64,000 bases of DNA from positions 4,576,001 to 4,640,000 of the forward strand of contig OZ242351.1 in NCBI GenBank assembly GCA_965208675.1, written 5' to 3'. The DNA is from Candidatus Poribacteria bacterium. GTDB taxonomy: Bacteria; Poribacteria; WGA-4E; PCPOR2b. Below, piece after piece: positions 19,782 to 28,587 of this stretch; within the stretch, counting starts at the first letter, position 1, and the number at the start of each line of letters is the position of its first letter. The position numbers were made by a program, and so were the translations under genes. The notes beneath the pieces are model-generated. The model did no database searches. It was not told the origin of the DNA and worked only from the letters and a program-made list of their open reading frames with translations.

Positions 19782-21461
19782 TTGCATTCCGATTCGCGTT
19801 GCTTAAGAACTTACTGTTTGGCATTTCTTTTGCCTGTCCAAATTGCGTTCGCGGATTCAGCGATTCAATTCGTTGATGTCACCGAAGCGGCAGGCATCCG
19901 ATTCAATCACGTCGACGGGCGCAGCGGCCAGCGGTATTTTGTGGAATCACTTGGGTCCGGTGCTGCATTTTTCGACTATGACGGCGACGGCGACCCAGAC
20001 CTATACTTCGTAAACGGGGCGGCGCTTCCGGGCTATCAGGCGGCCGTATCGCCGACCAACAGACTATACCAAAACAACGGCGACGGCACTTTCAGCGACG
20101 TGACGGTGCAAGCGGGCGTTGGGGACACCGGCTATGGGCACGGATGCGCGGTTGGCGACTACAATAACGACGGCTACCTTGATTTGTACGTGACCAACTA
20201 CGGACCTAATGTACTCTATTTGAACAACGGAGATTTGACTTTTACCGACGTCACAGCCGATGCGGGTGTCGGCGACCCCCAATGGAGCAGTAGCTGCGCG
20301 TTCGCAGACTACGACCGTGACGGCGATCTCGACCTCTATGTCGTCAATTATATTGAGTACAGTCTAGAGGACAACCCGTGGTGCGGCCCTAAGGAGAAAG
20401 GGATTCGAGCGTACTGCGAGCCGAACAATTTTCCGGGTCTGCCGGATACCTTGTATCGGAACAACGGAGACGGGACATTTACGGATGTCACCCGTGAGTC
20501 CGGAATTTACATTCCAACCGGAAAGGGGCTCGGCGTGGTGTGGGGGGACTACAACAACGACGGGCATCCGGACATCTACGTTGCCAACGACTCGACCGAA
20601 AATTTTTTCTTTTTGAATAAAGGGGACGGCACTTTTGAGGAAGTGGGATTCATGCTTGGCGTTGCAATGAGCGAAACTGGAGCGGAAGAAAACGGGATGG
20701 GCACGGCATTTGGGGACATGGATAATGACGGGTGGTTGGATTTAATTGTGACGAACTATCAGGATCAGGCTAACACGCTTTACCACAACGACCAGGACGG
20801 ATTTTTTACTGATGTGTCAACCGCCTCAAAAACCGGAGCAATCAGTTTCCCCTTTCTTGGTTGGGCGACAGAATTCATTGATTACGATAACGATGGCTGG
20901 CAGGACCTTTTTGTCGCCAACGGCCATGTCCACGATAATCTTGAGGAGATTGGACAGGCGGGGACTTACGGCCAGCGGAACTTAATTTTCCGTAATGCCT
21001 GCGACAACACATTCACGGAAATTTCCAATCAACTGGGCGCGGGTATGCTCCACGAAGATGTCAGCCGCGGTGGTGCGTTTGCCGATTACGATTTGGATGG
21101 CGACATTGATATTGTGGTGACCAACTCCAATAGTCCGCCGCGGCTGCTTCGGAATGACGGCGGCAACAAACGCCATTGGCTGTCAATCAAGTTGAATGGT
21201 ACCACGGGGTCAACCGATGCCATCGGTGCGCGTGTAACAGTTCACGCCGGGGATATATCCCAAACCAGGGAGGTGCGAAGTGGTACTGGTTATTTATCCC
21301 AAAACGAACTCAAACTGCTCTACGGGCTTGGGGACAGCTCAACCACAGTTTCAGTCGAAGTGCAATGGCCGGGGGGCGCAAAACAGCAGATTGAAAATAT
21401 TGCGGTTAACCAGTCCATTATGATTATTGAAGGCGGCGACTGGAAACGCGCTGAATTTTAG
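19782..21461 (+). CDS. CRTAC1 family protein (FG-GAP-like repeats plus ASPIC/UnbV domain)
   Basis: Repeated DYDxDGxxDLYV and NNGDGTFTDVT motifs; C-terminal AIGARV...GYLSQ...GLG...V.WPGG. Confidence 0.92.
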   Translation: MHSDSRCLRTYCLAFLLPVQIAFADSAIQFVDVTEAAGIRFNHVDGRSGQRYFVESLGSGAAFFDYDGDGDPDLYFVNGAALPGYQAAVSPTNRLYQNNGDGTFSDVTVQAGVGDTGYGHGCAVGDYNNDGYLDLYVTNYGPNVLYLNNGDLTFTDVTADAGVGDPQWSSSCAFADYDRDGDLDLYVVNYIEYSLEDNPWCGPKEKGIRAYCEPNNFPGLPDTLYRNNGDGTFTDVTRESGIYIPTGKGLGVVWGDYNNDGHPDIYVANDSTENFFFLNKGDGTFEEVGFMLGVAMSETGAEENGMGTAFGDMDNDGWLDLIVTNYQDQANTLYHNDQDGFFTDVSTASKTGAISFPFLGWATEFIDYDNDGWQDLFVANGHVHDNLEEIGQAGTYGQRNLIFRNACDNTFTEISNQLGAGMLHEDVSRGGAFADYDLDGDIDIVVTNSNSPPRLLRNDGGNKRHWLSIKLNGTTGSTDAIGARVTVHAGDISQTREVRSGTGYLSQNELKLLYGLGDSSTTVSVEVQWPGGAKQQIENIAVNQSIMIIEGGDWKRAEF

Positions 21462-21467
21462 TTAGTT

Positions 21468-21605
21468 TTAGAGCATGTTTGAATAATTGGCGGCAAAGCC
21501 ATTCTTGGATTTCTGAGCCGCTATGACCGTTGGAACTTCTATCGCCCTCGGTATTCGCTCAGTCGATCCTATTCAGTCGCTTGATTCCCGCCTACGGGGC
21601 GTGGT
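21468..21605. repeat. Dispersed intergenic repeat family B, copy 1 (MITE-like)
   Basis: TTAGAGCnTGTTTGAATA..GGCGGCAAA ... GTTGGAAC ... CTATCGCC ... CTCAGTCGATC ... TTCAGTCGCTT ... CCCGCCTA shared with 23299-23454. Confidence 0.75.
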
Positions 21606-21615
21606 GGTGTGCTTT

Positions 21616-22422
21616 ATGAAAATTTCATTTATGACTCAAGCCTACGCTGATACGCCGTTCGAGAAAATTGTTCCGCGGCTTGCGAAGGTCGGATATGACG
21701 GTGTTGAGCCGTTAGCCGGTCCCGAAGGACAGTTGAAACCATCGGAACTCAAGGACAGCGACAGACGCGAACTGGGGTCACTCCTCACGGAACACGGTAT
21801 GACAATTCCTGTTCTGAATCCGTATAGAGAGTCGATGGTCAACATGGCAAAAGAAGGGATAGCGAGAGACTTTTACGGCGCCATAATGGAGCTTGCTGTG
21901 GATTTGGGGACGCCCACCGTGAATTGTCTGAGCGGCTTTTTCGCCGATGGAGATAGGGAGGGGTGGAAGATTCTAATTGATTTTTTCAAAGAGCTAACCC
22001 GGCACGCAGAATCGATCGGCATCTGCCTGTCAATTCACAACCACGAGGCAAATATCTTGGACACGGTTGAGAAATGTACGCTAATGATCGAGCACGTTGG
22101 CTCGCCGAATCTGAAAGTCACGTTCGACGCGACAAACTGCTATCTGCTCAACGTAGATGTCCCACAAGCCGCGGTGTACCTTGGGCCGCATCTCAACCAC
22201 TGCCATCTCAAGGGTATAAAGGGTAAATACCCATTTACGCACTTTTTAGTTCCCGGCGAGGAAGGCGATGAGATGGACTTTGAAGCGTTGGCGAGCGCAC
22301 TTGCAACGGTGGGATACGACGGTTACATCTCGGTCGAGACTTTCCCGCATATGCGAGACGATAAGGACAGGATTGCATACGAGATGATGAGTAGTACACT
22401 GGCGGGGCTAGGGCTCAGTTGA
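21616..22422 (+). CDS. Sugar phosphate isomerase/epimerase (xylose isomerase-like TIM barrel)
   Basis: GYDGVE, HNHE, VTFDATN, HCHLK and GYDGYISVE motifs; start placed at ATG 21616 (MKISF). Confidence 0.85.
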   Translation: MKISFMTQAYADTPFEKIVPRLAKVGYDGVEPLAGPEGQLKPSELKDSDRRELGSLLTEHGMTIPVLNPYRESMVNMAKEGIARDFYGAIMELAVDLGTPTVNCLSGFFADGDREGWKILIDFFKELTRHAESIGICLSIHNHEANILDTVEKCTLMIEHVGSPNLKVTFDATNCYLLNVDVPQAAVYLGPHLNHCHLKGIKGKYPFTHFLVPGEEGDEMDFEALASALATVGYDGYISVETFPHMRDDKDRIAYEMMSSTLAGLGLS

Positions 22423-22509
22423 GGGTTTACATACCATGATGGCGCGGGAGAAACAAGTGCCGTGTGAAGGGGTTCGCGTTGCCAGGGGAGGTGCAGCGCC
22501 GCCTGAAAT

Positions 22510-23289
22510 CTACAAACGACTCTTGATTGCCGCCCAAAGGGTCACCAGTGAACCTTTGGAAGCGACGGCCTGCGCGCGGGGTTCGGACTCAGACAACGCG
22601 AAGACTTCATCCCCGTCCAACACGCGTTTGTAGATGCGCACTTCGTCCAGACGCCCGACGAACCCGTTCAGTTGGAACTTGGGAATGCCTCCCAGATACA
22701 GGGCGTCGCCCTGCTCCCCAATTTTGCCAATCGCCCCCGGATTCGCTTTAACCAGCAGTCCGTCCCGGTAAAGCTTAGAACCGTTCTTCGGCGACCACGT
22801 GCCCGCGACGAAATGCCACTCACCCTGTTTTAGCGCCGGCCCTTCGCCGCTCTGCAGCCAACTGCCAGCGACTTGGACTTCCAATCTACCGTTACCTTTA
22901 AGTAGATCGAGATTGAACTGCTTACGGCGAAACACGGCGCGGTTCTCGCCGGCGAAGTCCAGTTTCTCCGGATACACCCAAAAGGAACACGTAAAACCTT
23001 CATCCTGCTTGGTAATCAGGTAACTCGCCGAATCCGTTGTTTCCGCGCCATCAGTGACCGCGTCAAAGCGGATGGCTTTGCCGAACTTTCCTTCCGCCTC
23101 GCGTTTTGCAGTGTGTAGGTCTCCGTGGTTCTCTTCTCCGCTCTTGTCGGTGATTAAGTTGCCGTTCCCTTCAAATGGATAGTATACAACTAAAGCGTCC
23201 TGGAATTTCGCCATCACGCTGGCGGACAAGAACAGAGAGACGGCGATTGCCGCAGCGAGCGCAACCCGCTTCGCAGTGTGAGCGTTCAT
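22510..23289 (-). CDS. Secreted LamG (concanavalin A-like) domain protein 1
   Basis: Signal peptide; LVVYYPFE, GKFGKA, WHFVAGT and GRLDEVRIY motifs; tail AVASKGSLVTLWAAIK. Confidence 0.85.
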   Translation of the reverse strand: MNAHTAKRVALAAAIAVSLFLSASVMAKFQDALVVYYPFEGNGNLITDKSGEENHGDLHTAKREAEGKFGKAIRFDAVTDGAETTDSASYLITKQDEGFTCSFWVYPEKLDFAGENRAVFRRKQFNLDLLKGNGRLEVQVAGSWLQSGEGPALKQGEWHFVAGTWSPKNGSKLYRDGLLVKANPGAIGKIGEQGDALYLGGIPKFQLNGFVGRLDEVRIYKRVLDGDEVFALSESEPRAQAVASKGSLVTLWAAIKSRL

Positions 23290-23298
23290 GCTAATTCC

Positions 23299-23454
23299 TT
23301 AGAGCCTGTTTGAATATTAGGCGGCAAACCGATTCTTTGGCGTTTGAGTTGCGATAACAGTTGGAACCCCTATCGCACGGGTTTTTCTATCGCCTTCGCT
23401 AATCCCTCAGTCGATCTTTTTCAGTCGCTTAATCCCCGCCTAAGGTGCGTGGCG
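23299..23454. repeat. Dispersed intergenic repeat family B, copy 2
   Basis: Colinear with 21468-21605; internal inverted pair TAGGCGG (23318-23324) / CCGCCTA (23436-23442). Confidence 0.75.
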
Positions 23455-23456
23455 AT

Positions 23457-24299
23457 TTACTTGAAAGCTTTGATTTCCCCCCACGACACTGCGAGTCTCC
23501 CAGCGGGATTGACACTAAATCCTCCGGACAGGAAATTTTGCTTGACTTCCCCCGCGTTGAGCGGCCGATCATATATAGCCACTTCATCCACGGCGCCATC
23601 CATCCAGGCTCTATCTGCGAATGTGAAAATCTTTTTTCCAAAGGTGGCTCTGGTGTCCTCTCCGGTTTGGAGCGGATTTATAGTCTGGTTATCGTAGACG
23701 AGTTCGCCGTCTACATAGATTTTTAACTCCGTCTTCTTGTCGTATGTTGCTGTCACGTGGGTCCATGTGTCGGGCTCAAAACGTCTCGGGGCTACATGGT
23801 CATTGCAAATTCCCCACAAGGCAATTCCCGCGCCGTCCCACGCGGTGATACCGTACAGCTCCCCTTGACAAATTTGCGCAGATTCTCCTTCCCATCCCCA
23901 AGCAACCGGCACCTGTTTAAGAGCAAACTTGTTAAACCGCACCCACGCGCTCAAGGTGCGGGGATCGGAGCCGGTGATTTCGATTTCCTGTTTTGACTGT
24001 GCGTAATCGCCGTCTCCGTCAAACTCCACTGCACCTCCAATTCTACCTTCTACAATCTTGGGCTGGCTTTGTCCTCCTCCAAGCAGCGGCGGCGATTTGC
24101 CGCGGACGAGTTCGACATCATTGTTTCCAGCGAGGTCCGGCACGGTGTCATTATCGGCATTATCAAACGACCAGTAGTGGACGAGTCCGTTCGCGACGAT
24201 TTTTGCTTCCACGGCTTTCGCGGTCACCATCACAATGAAGACAACCGCCAGAAACGAGGTCAAATTCATTGCAGTGCGAGGCATAATCGTCCTCCTCAT
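23457..24299 (-). CDS. Secreted LamG domain protein 2
   Basis: GLVHYWSFD, FDGDGDY, WTHVTATY and VDEVAIYDRPL motifs; tail SVNPAGRLAVSWGEIK; true start may be ATG 24284. Confidence 0.88.
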   Translation of the reverse strand: MRRTIMPRTAMNLTSFLAVVFIVMVTAKAVEAKIVANGLVHYWSFDNADNDTVPDLAGNNDVELVRGKSPPLLGGGQSQPKIVEGRIGGAVEFDGDGDYAQSKQEIEITGSDPRTLSAWVRFNKFALKQVPVAWGWEGESAQICQGELYGITAWDGAGIALWGICNDHVAPRRFEPDTWTHVTATYDKKTELKIYVDGELVYDNQTINPLQTGEDTRATFGKKIFTFADRAWMDGAVDEVAIYDRPLNAGEVKQNFLSGGFSVNPAGRLAVSWGEIKAFK

Positions 24300-24405
24300 G
24301 GATTCTTAATGAAATGCTGTTTGGCACAAATCGATAAATCGTCCCCTTTGGGCACCGAAATGTTGCCGTACGGCAAACTGCACATTGCGTAGGCCTTTAT
24401 GATGA

Positions 24406-25242
24406 TTACCGTGATGCGTGTTTTATCACACCCCAGACCGCGGCGATCGTACCAGCAGTATCCACTGCTACTGCCCCAAATTCGTCTGCCATGTAGTTCT
24501 GCATGACTTCATCCGGGTTGAGCGCCCTATCATAAATGGCGACTTCATCGACAACGCCGTTTGTCCACGCTCTATCGCCGAAAGTGAAAATTTGCTTTCC
24601 CAAGGTCATCTTTGAATCGCCCGTCTGAAGCGGCGTTACATCCATTTTGTTGTAGACTTCTTCCGCGTTGACGTAGATTTTAAGGTCGGTGTCGTTCTCG
24701 TAGGTTGCTGTAACGTGCGCCCATAGGTCCTGTTCAAATCTCTCTGTGGATACATGGTCATTACAGACTCCCCACAGGGCAATCCGGGGACCGTCCCAAG
24801 CGGTGATGGCGTACAACTCGCCCTGACATATTTGTTCGGTTTCGCCTTCCCAGCCCCATCCGACCGGCACCTGTTTCTGCGAGACAAACCCGTTGAATTT
24901 AATCCAGGCGCTCAATGTCCGCGGTGCAGACCCTGTAATGGGGATGTTAGCTATGGATTCTGCATAGTCACCATCTCCATCAAACTCTACGCCCATACCG
25001 ATTTTACCCGACGTAATTTGCGGATCGCTAGGTCCGTCGCCGAACAGTTCCGGGGAATCCCCGTGCATGAGTGCAACATCGTTATTCCCAACCAGATCTG
25101 GTGCAACGCTGGCTTGAACGTCATCGAAAGACCAGTATCCGATTAACCCTTCCTTAACGACACCAGCGTTCGCAGTGCCGATAATTAGCCCGGTTGTCAA
25201 GATGGCTAGCGCAGAAACAGCCGCCAAAACTTTGTTAAACAT
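24406..25242 (-). CDS. Secreted LamG domain protein 3 (paralog of protein 2)
   Basis: GLIGYWSFD and VDEVAIYDRAL motifs; shares WGWEGExxQICQGELY with 23457..24299; RBS AAAGGAGG before ATG 25242. Confidence 0.88.
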   Translation of the reverse strand: MFNKVLAAVSALAILTTGLIIGTANAGVVKEGLIGYWSFDDVQASVAPDLVGNNDVALMHGDSPELFGDGPSDPQITSGKIGMGVEFDGDGDYAESIANIPITGSAPRTLSAWIKFNGFVSQKQVPVGWGWEGETEQICQGELYAITAWDGPRIALWGVCNDHVSTERFEQDLWAHVTATYENDTDLKIYVNAEEVYNKMDVTPLQTGDSKMTLGKQIFTFGDRAWTNGVVDEVAIYDRALNPDEVMQNYMADEFGAVAVDTAGTIAAVWGVIKHASR

Positions 25243-25398
25243 ATTTCTTGTGCCTCCTTTATCTTCATTTGGGGTATTGTTTAATGCAGGTCTCACGCTC
25301 AACAGTTGACTAACGCTTCATTTTTTCCGGCGACGAGGTCAAGAACAGACGAGGCACTTGGTGAATCCGCGTTGAGCGTTCTATTTTAACCGATAGAT

Positions 25399-25428
25399 AA
25401 AAAAAACCCCGATCCGAAGATCGGGGTT
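25399..25428 (-). terminator. Rho-independent terminator
   Basis: Minus strand AACCCCGATC-TTCG-GATCGGGGTT followed by a T-run, just after the stop of 25440..26243. Confidence 0.85.
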
Positions 25429-25439
25429 AATTAAACCGT

Positions 25440-26243
25440 CTACTTTGTAGACTTTATGTGTGCCCATGTACTTGCGAGTTTTCCAACGGGCTCAACCGCG
25501 ACGGTCGCCGCGAAGTTTTGTACAACTTCGTCGGCGCTAAGTGCGCGGTTGTAAAGTCCGACATCGTCAATTAAGCCCTCAAAGAACTCACCCGGGTCAC
25601 CGGGTTCATGACCATGAAGGTCTACATGGGGACCGGGATTGATGCCGGGATTGCTTCCAATGGCTCCAGCATTGGTACCGACCACCTTCATCGCTTCAGG
25701 AAGAACATGCTCAGCGACCATTTCTCCGTTCAGGTAGATGGTATTGTTCTGACTGCCGTTGTAAACAGCAACAACGTGGTGCCAGTCACCAAGAGACACG
25801 ACAGGTCCATAAGTATCAGACCCGGCGCCCCATTGGGTCATGAAGACCTGATCGCCATTACGAGTCCCGATACCGAAGAATATACCGCAGCACTGCGGCA
25901 CACCGAATGTAGCGATATACTGAACCCCGCCTGCGTCAGATACCTCTCGTTTAAACCAAGCCGACCATGTCATTGGCGAATTGCCTGTTGGCACGCCGTT
26001 TGTCGGAAATGTAACATTATCACCATCTTTATCGAACTTTAGGGCATCACCGATTTTGCCGGCGACGACTTCCGGATCTCCGTTAATGGTTCCGTCGTTA
26101 TCTCCAACTTGGTCTGAGACATCCCCGCCATCGAAGGACCAGTAGCTAACGAGACCATCTTGGACGACTTGTGCTTCTGAAATACAAGCGAATGCAACAA
26201 ATCCAGCGATGACAAAGAACAGCATGATGCTCTTGTTTAACAT
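25440..26243 (-). CDS. Secreted LamG domain protein 4
   Basis: GLVSYWSFD, WHHVVAVY and GLIDDVGLYNRAL motifs; tail AVEPVGKLASTWAHIK; RBS AGGAGG before ATG 26243. Confidence 0.88.
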   Translation of the reverse strand: MLNKSIMLFFVIAGFVAFACISEAQVVQDGLVSYWSFDGGDVSDQVGDNDGTINGDPEVVAGKIGDALKFDKDGDNVTFPTNGVPTGNSPMTWSAWFKREVSDAGGVQYIATFGVPQCCGIFFGIGTRNGDQVFMTQWGAGSDTYGPVVSLGDWHHVVAVYNGSQNNTIYLNGEMVAEHVLPEAMKVVGTNAGAIGSNPGINPGPHVDLHGHEPGDPGEFFEGLIDDVGLYNRALSADEVVQNFAATVAVEPVGKLASTWAHIKSTK

Positions 26244-26317
26244 TGAAAAAAGCCTCCTGTTTAGTGAGTTATGCATTGGCTTCGGACGGTAGTGAGTCAT
26301 CCGAAGGTTGGTTACAG

Positions 26318-27082
26318 CTATTTTTTATCCTTGATGTTCCCCCATGTAGTCGTTATTTTATCAGCCGGGTTTACAGCAAAAATTAGTTTCGCCTCATAAT
26401 TCTGCAGGACTTCATCCGCATTCAACGCACGGTCATAAAGCCCGACTTCATCAATGAAACCCTCAAAATTTTCGCCTCCCTCCGAATTGCTGCCGATGGC
26501 TCCCTTTCTATCATTTACGGCGTTTGGCTCTTCAGCTAGCGCCATTTCTTTCACCAATTCCCCGTTTAGATAGAGGATATCATTCTGATCGCCATCATAG
26601 ATTGCAGCAATATAGTGCCATTTGTCGAATGAAATAACAGGGCCAAAAACGTCAAAGTGGGCACCCCATTGGGTCATGAAAAGTTGCTCGTTATTCCGAG
26701 TCCCGATTCCAAAGAATTGACCGCAACAACCCGCAATGCCAAACGCCGCAATATATTGAACGGAGTTGTTGTCGCCGGTCTCTCGCATAAACCAAGCCGA
26801 CCAGGTCATGGCAGAATTACCTGTTGGGAAACCTTCATTGTCGAAAGAGACACTGTCTATTTGCCCGCTGAACTCCAGTGCCATACCGTGTTTACCCTCG
26901 ACCAGCTTTGGCTTGCCGATAACTTTTCCGTCATTCGGGCCAACCGCATCTTCGACATCAAGGTTGTCCAGATGCCAGTAGCTAACAAGCCCGTCTTCGA
27001 CGATTTGAGCTGCCGCTGTATGGCAAACAACCACAGCGACACTCATCACAATGAAAATTATAGCGATGTTTTTGTTAAACAT
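26318..27082 (-). CDS. Secreted LamG domain protein 5 (paralog of protein 4)
   Basis: GLVSYWHLD and GFIDEVGLYDRAL motifs; shares MTWSAWF, CCGxFFGIGTRN and FMTQWGA with protein 4; tail AVNPADKITTTWGNIK; RBS AGGAGG. Confidence 0.88.
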   Translation of the reverse strand: MFNKNIAIIFIVMSVAVVVCHTAAAQIVEDGLVSYWHLDNLDVEDAVGPNDGKVIGKPKLVEGKHGMALEFSGQIDSVSFDNEGFPTGNSAMTWSAWFMRETGDNNSVQYIAAFGIAGCCGQFFGIGTRNNEQLFMTQWGAHFDVFGPVISFDKWHYIAAIYDGDQNDILYLNGELVKEMALAEEPNAVNDRKGAIGSNSEGGENFEGFIDEVGLYDRALNADEVLQNYEAKLIFAVNPADKITTTWGNIKDKK

Positions 27083-27306
27083 TGTCCTTACCTCCTGATT
27101 ATACGGTTTCTGCATTTCGAGTTGGAAACATTGTTATAAGTTGCGCAGCCAACTACGGCAGGAATTTCAGCCTACTACGAGCGTCCATCAGAATAGAAAA
27201 TCCCGTCAAAACACAGCGGGATACCCGTCCTCGCATTGACTCGCCCTTATCGGCGTAATTGTTAGACAGGCGTCCGTTGTCCCGAAAATCACTCTCAGCT
27301 AGGCAC

Positions 27307-27335
27307 ATTATAACAGAAGTGGGGAAAAATGGCAA
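27307..27335 (-). promoter_or_regulatory. Sigma70-type promoter for the LamG array
   Basis: Minus strand TTGCCA, 17 bp spacer, TATAAT. Confidence 0.65.
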
Positions 27336-27463
27336 TAAAAATAATTGTACGCTACAAGCACTATTGGTTTGTCAGAATCGCAATTTTGCGGTGAGTTTGC
27401 ACGATTGGCGCATCATGCTGGATTGCGACAGCTAAGACCGCATTTAGCGGTGGGAGGCCATTG

Positions 27464-28453
27464 CTATTGAGGGCGCACAGCGCAGCGAAAACCGAGGTAG
27501 ATGCTGGCGTTCGCCGGATGCAGGCTGTTGCGATTCGAGACGCGAAGATTCCCCGGCGGATGCAACCAACTGCCGCCCCGATGTACACGATGCGTCGTAA
27601 CATTCGTATAGTCGTTGTTGTCAAAGGCGATCAAGCCGCCGGCGACAGGGTTATCTTTCGGACTGCTCGCGTATGCGCGCGGGTCGTATGCATCCATGCA
27701 CCACTCCCACACGTTGCCCGCCATATCATGCAACCCGTACCCGTTCCCTGGATATGCGCCGACAGGCGCGGTAAATTGATTACCGTCGTCAAGACTTCTG
27801 TCCGCCCAATTAGCCCAGTCTGGCGCCTGTTTGTCTGCAAAGTTACACTGGAATGCTTCAGGACTTTCATCGCACCACGAGTGCCGTTTTCCGACGAGAC
27901 CGCCGCGCGCCGCTTTTTCCCACTCTGCTTCGGTGGGAAGCCGCTTTCCGGCCCATTGGCAATATGCCACGGCATCGTACCAACTCACGCCGACCACTGG
28001 GTGATTCGGCGCATTGAGATCGGGGTCTTCCCAGAATGCGGGAGCCGCGTGTCCTGTTTCGTGCATGAACTGCTTGTATTGTGCGTTTGTCACCTCGTGC
28101 ACGTCCATATAGAAACTGCCGACGTAAACGGTGTGGACCGGGCGTTCATCATCCCCGCCGCCGCCGAGGGAATTGCCCATCTCAAACTCACCGGCGGGAA
28201 TGAGGCGCATCTTTGCACCGTCCTTTTCGGATGTGATCTCTTTTGGTTGCTTTCGTTCGTGATTTAGGGCAAACACGTCTTGGGCGGTTGTGTTCTTTGC
28301 GTCTGGTTCGTCCGCGTTTTTGGGAGCGGCGACAGGGACCTGCACGTTGGATACTGGGAGATTGTCTGTTGTAGCGTTATTCTGGACCGATGCGCAACCG
28401 CACATCGAAATGGACAGAAGCAGGTTTATAAGGGAAAAAATATGTGTTTTCAT
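27464..28453 (-). CDS. FGE-sulfatase (SUMF1-like) domain lipoprotein
   Basis: IPAGEFEMG, HEVTNAQY, HPVVGVSW, KRLPTEAEWEKAARG, DMAGNVWEW, RGGSW and LGFRC motifs; lipobox MCGC; lacks the catalytic Cys motif of true FGE. Confidence 0.9.
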   Translation of the reverse strand: MKTHIFSLINLLLSISMCGCASVQNNATTDNLPVSNVQVPVAAPKNADEPDAKNTTAQDVFALNHERKQPKEITSEKDGAKMRLIPAGEFEMGNSLGGGGDDERPVHTVYVGSFYMDVHEVTNAQYKQFMHETGHAAPAFWEDPDLNAPNHPVVGVSWYDAVAYCQWAGKRLPTEAEWEKAARGGLVGKRHSWCDESPEAFQCNFADKQAPDWANWADRSLDDGNQFTAPVGAYPGNGYGLHDMAGNVWEWCMDAYDPRAYASSPKDNPVAGGLIAFDNNDYTNVTTHRVHRGGSWLHPPGNLRVSNRNSLHPANASIYLGFRCAVRPQ

Positions 28454-28587
28454 TATCACCGTTACCAATTTGCGCGCAACCGGTTGAGGAATCCGCAGAT
28501 GCAGGTTATTTTAAGATTGTTATGCGCAAAAGGAGACCACGTCCTGAGTGCAGAATCGTTAACATAGCGTAAATCCAACCCAGCAAG

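Noticed and set aside
27285-27306. TPP riboswitch-like GCTGAGA on the minus strand
   Set aside because: No ACCTGA or GCGxAGG downstream elements.
27461-28267. 268 aa plus-strand ORF
   Set aside because: Antisense to the well-supported FGE-sulfatase domain gene.
27464-28453. True formylglycine-generating enzyme or DGR target
   Set aside because: The catalytic Cys motif is missing, and no reverse transcriptase or template repeat is seen in the window.
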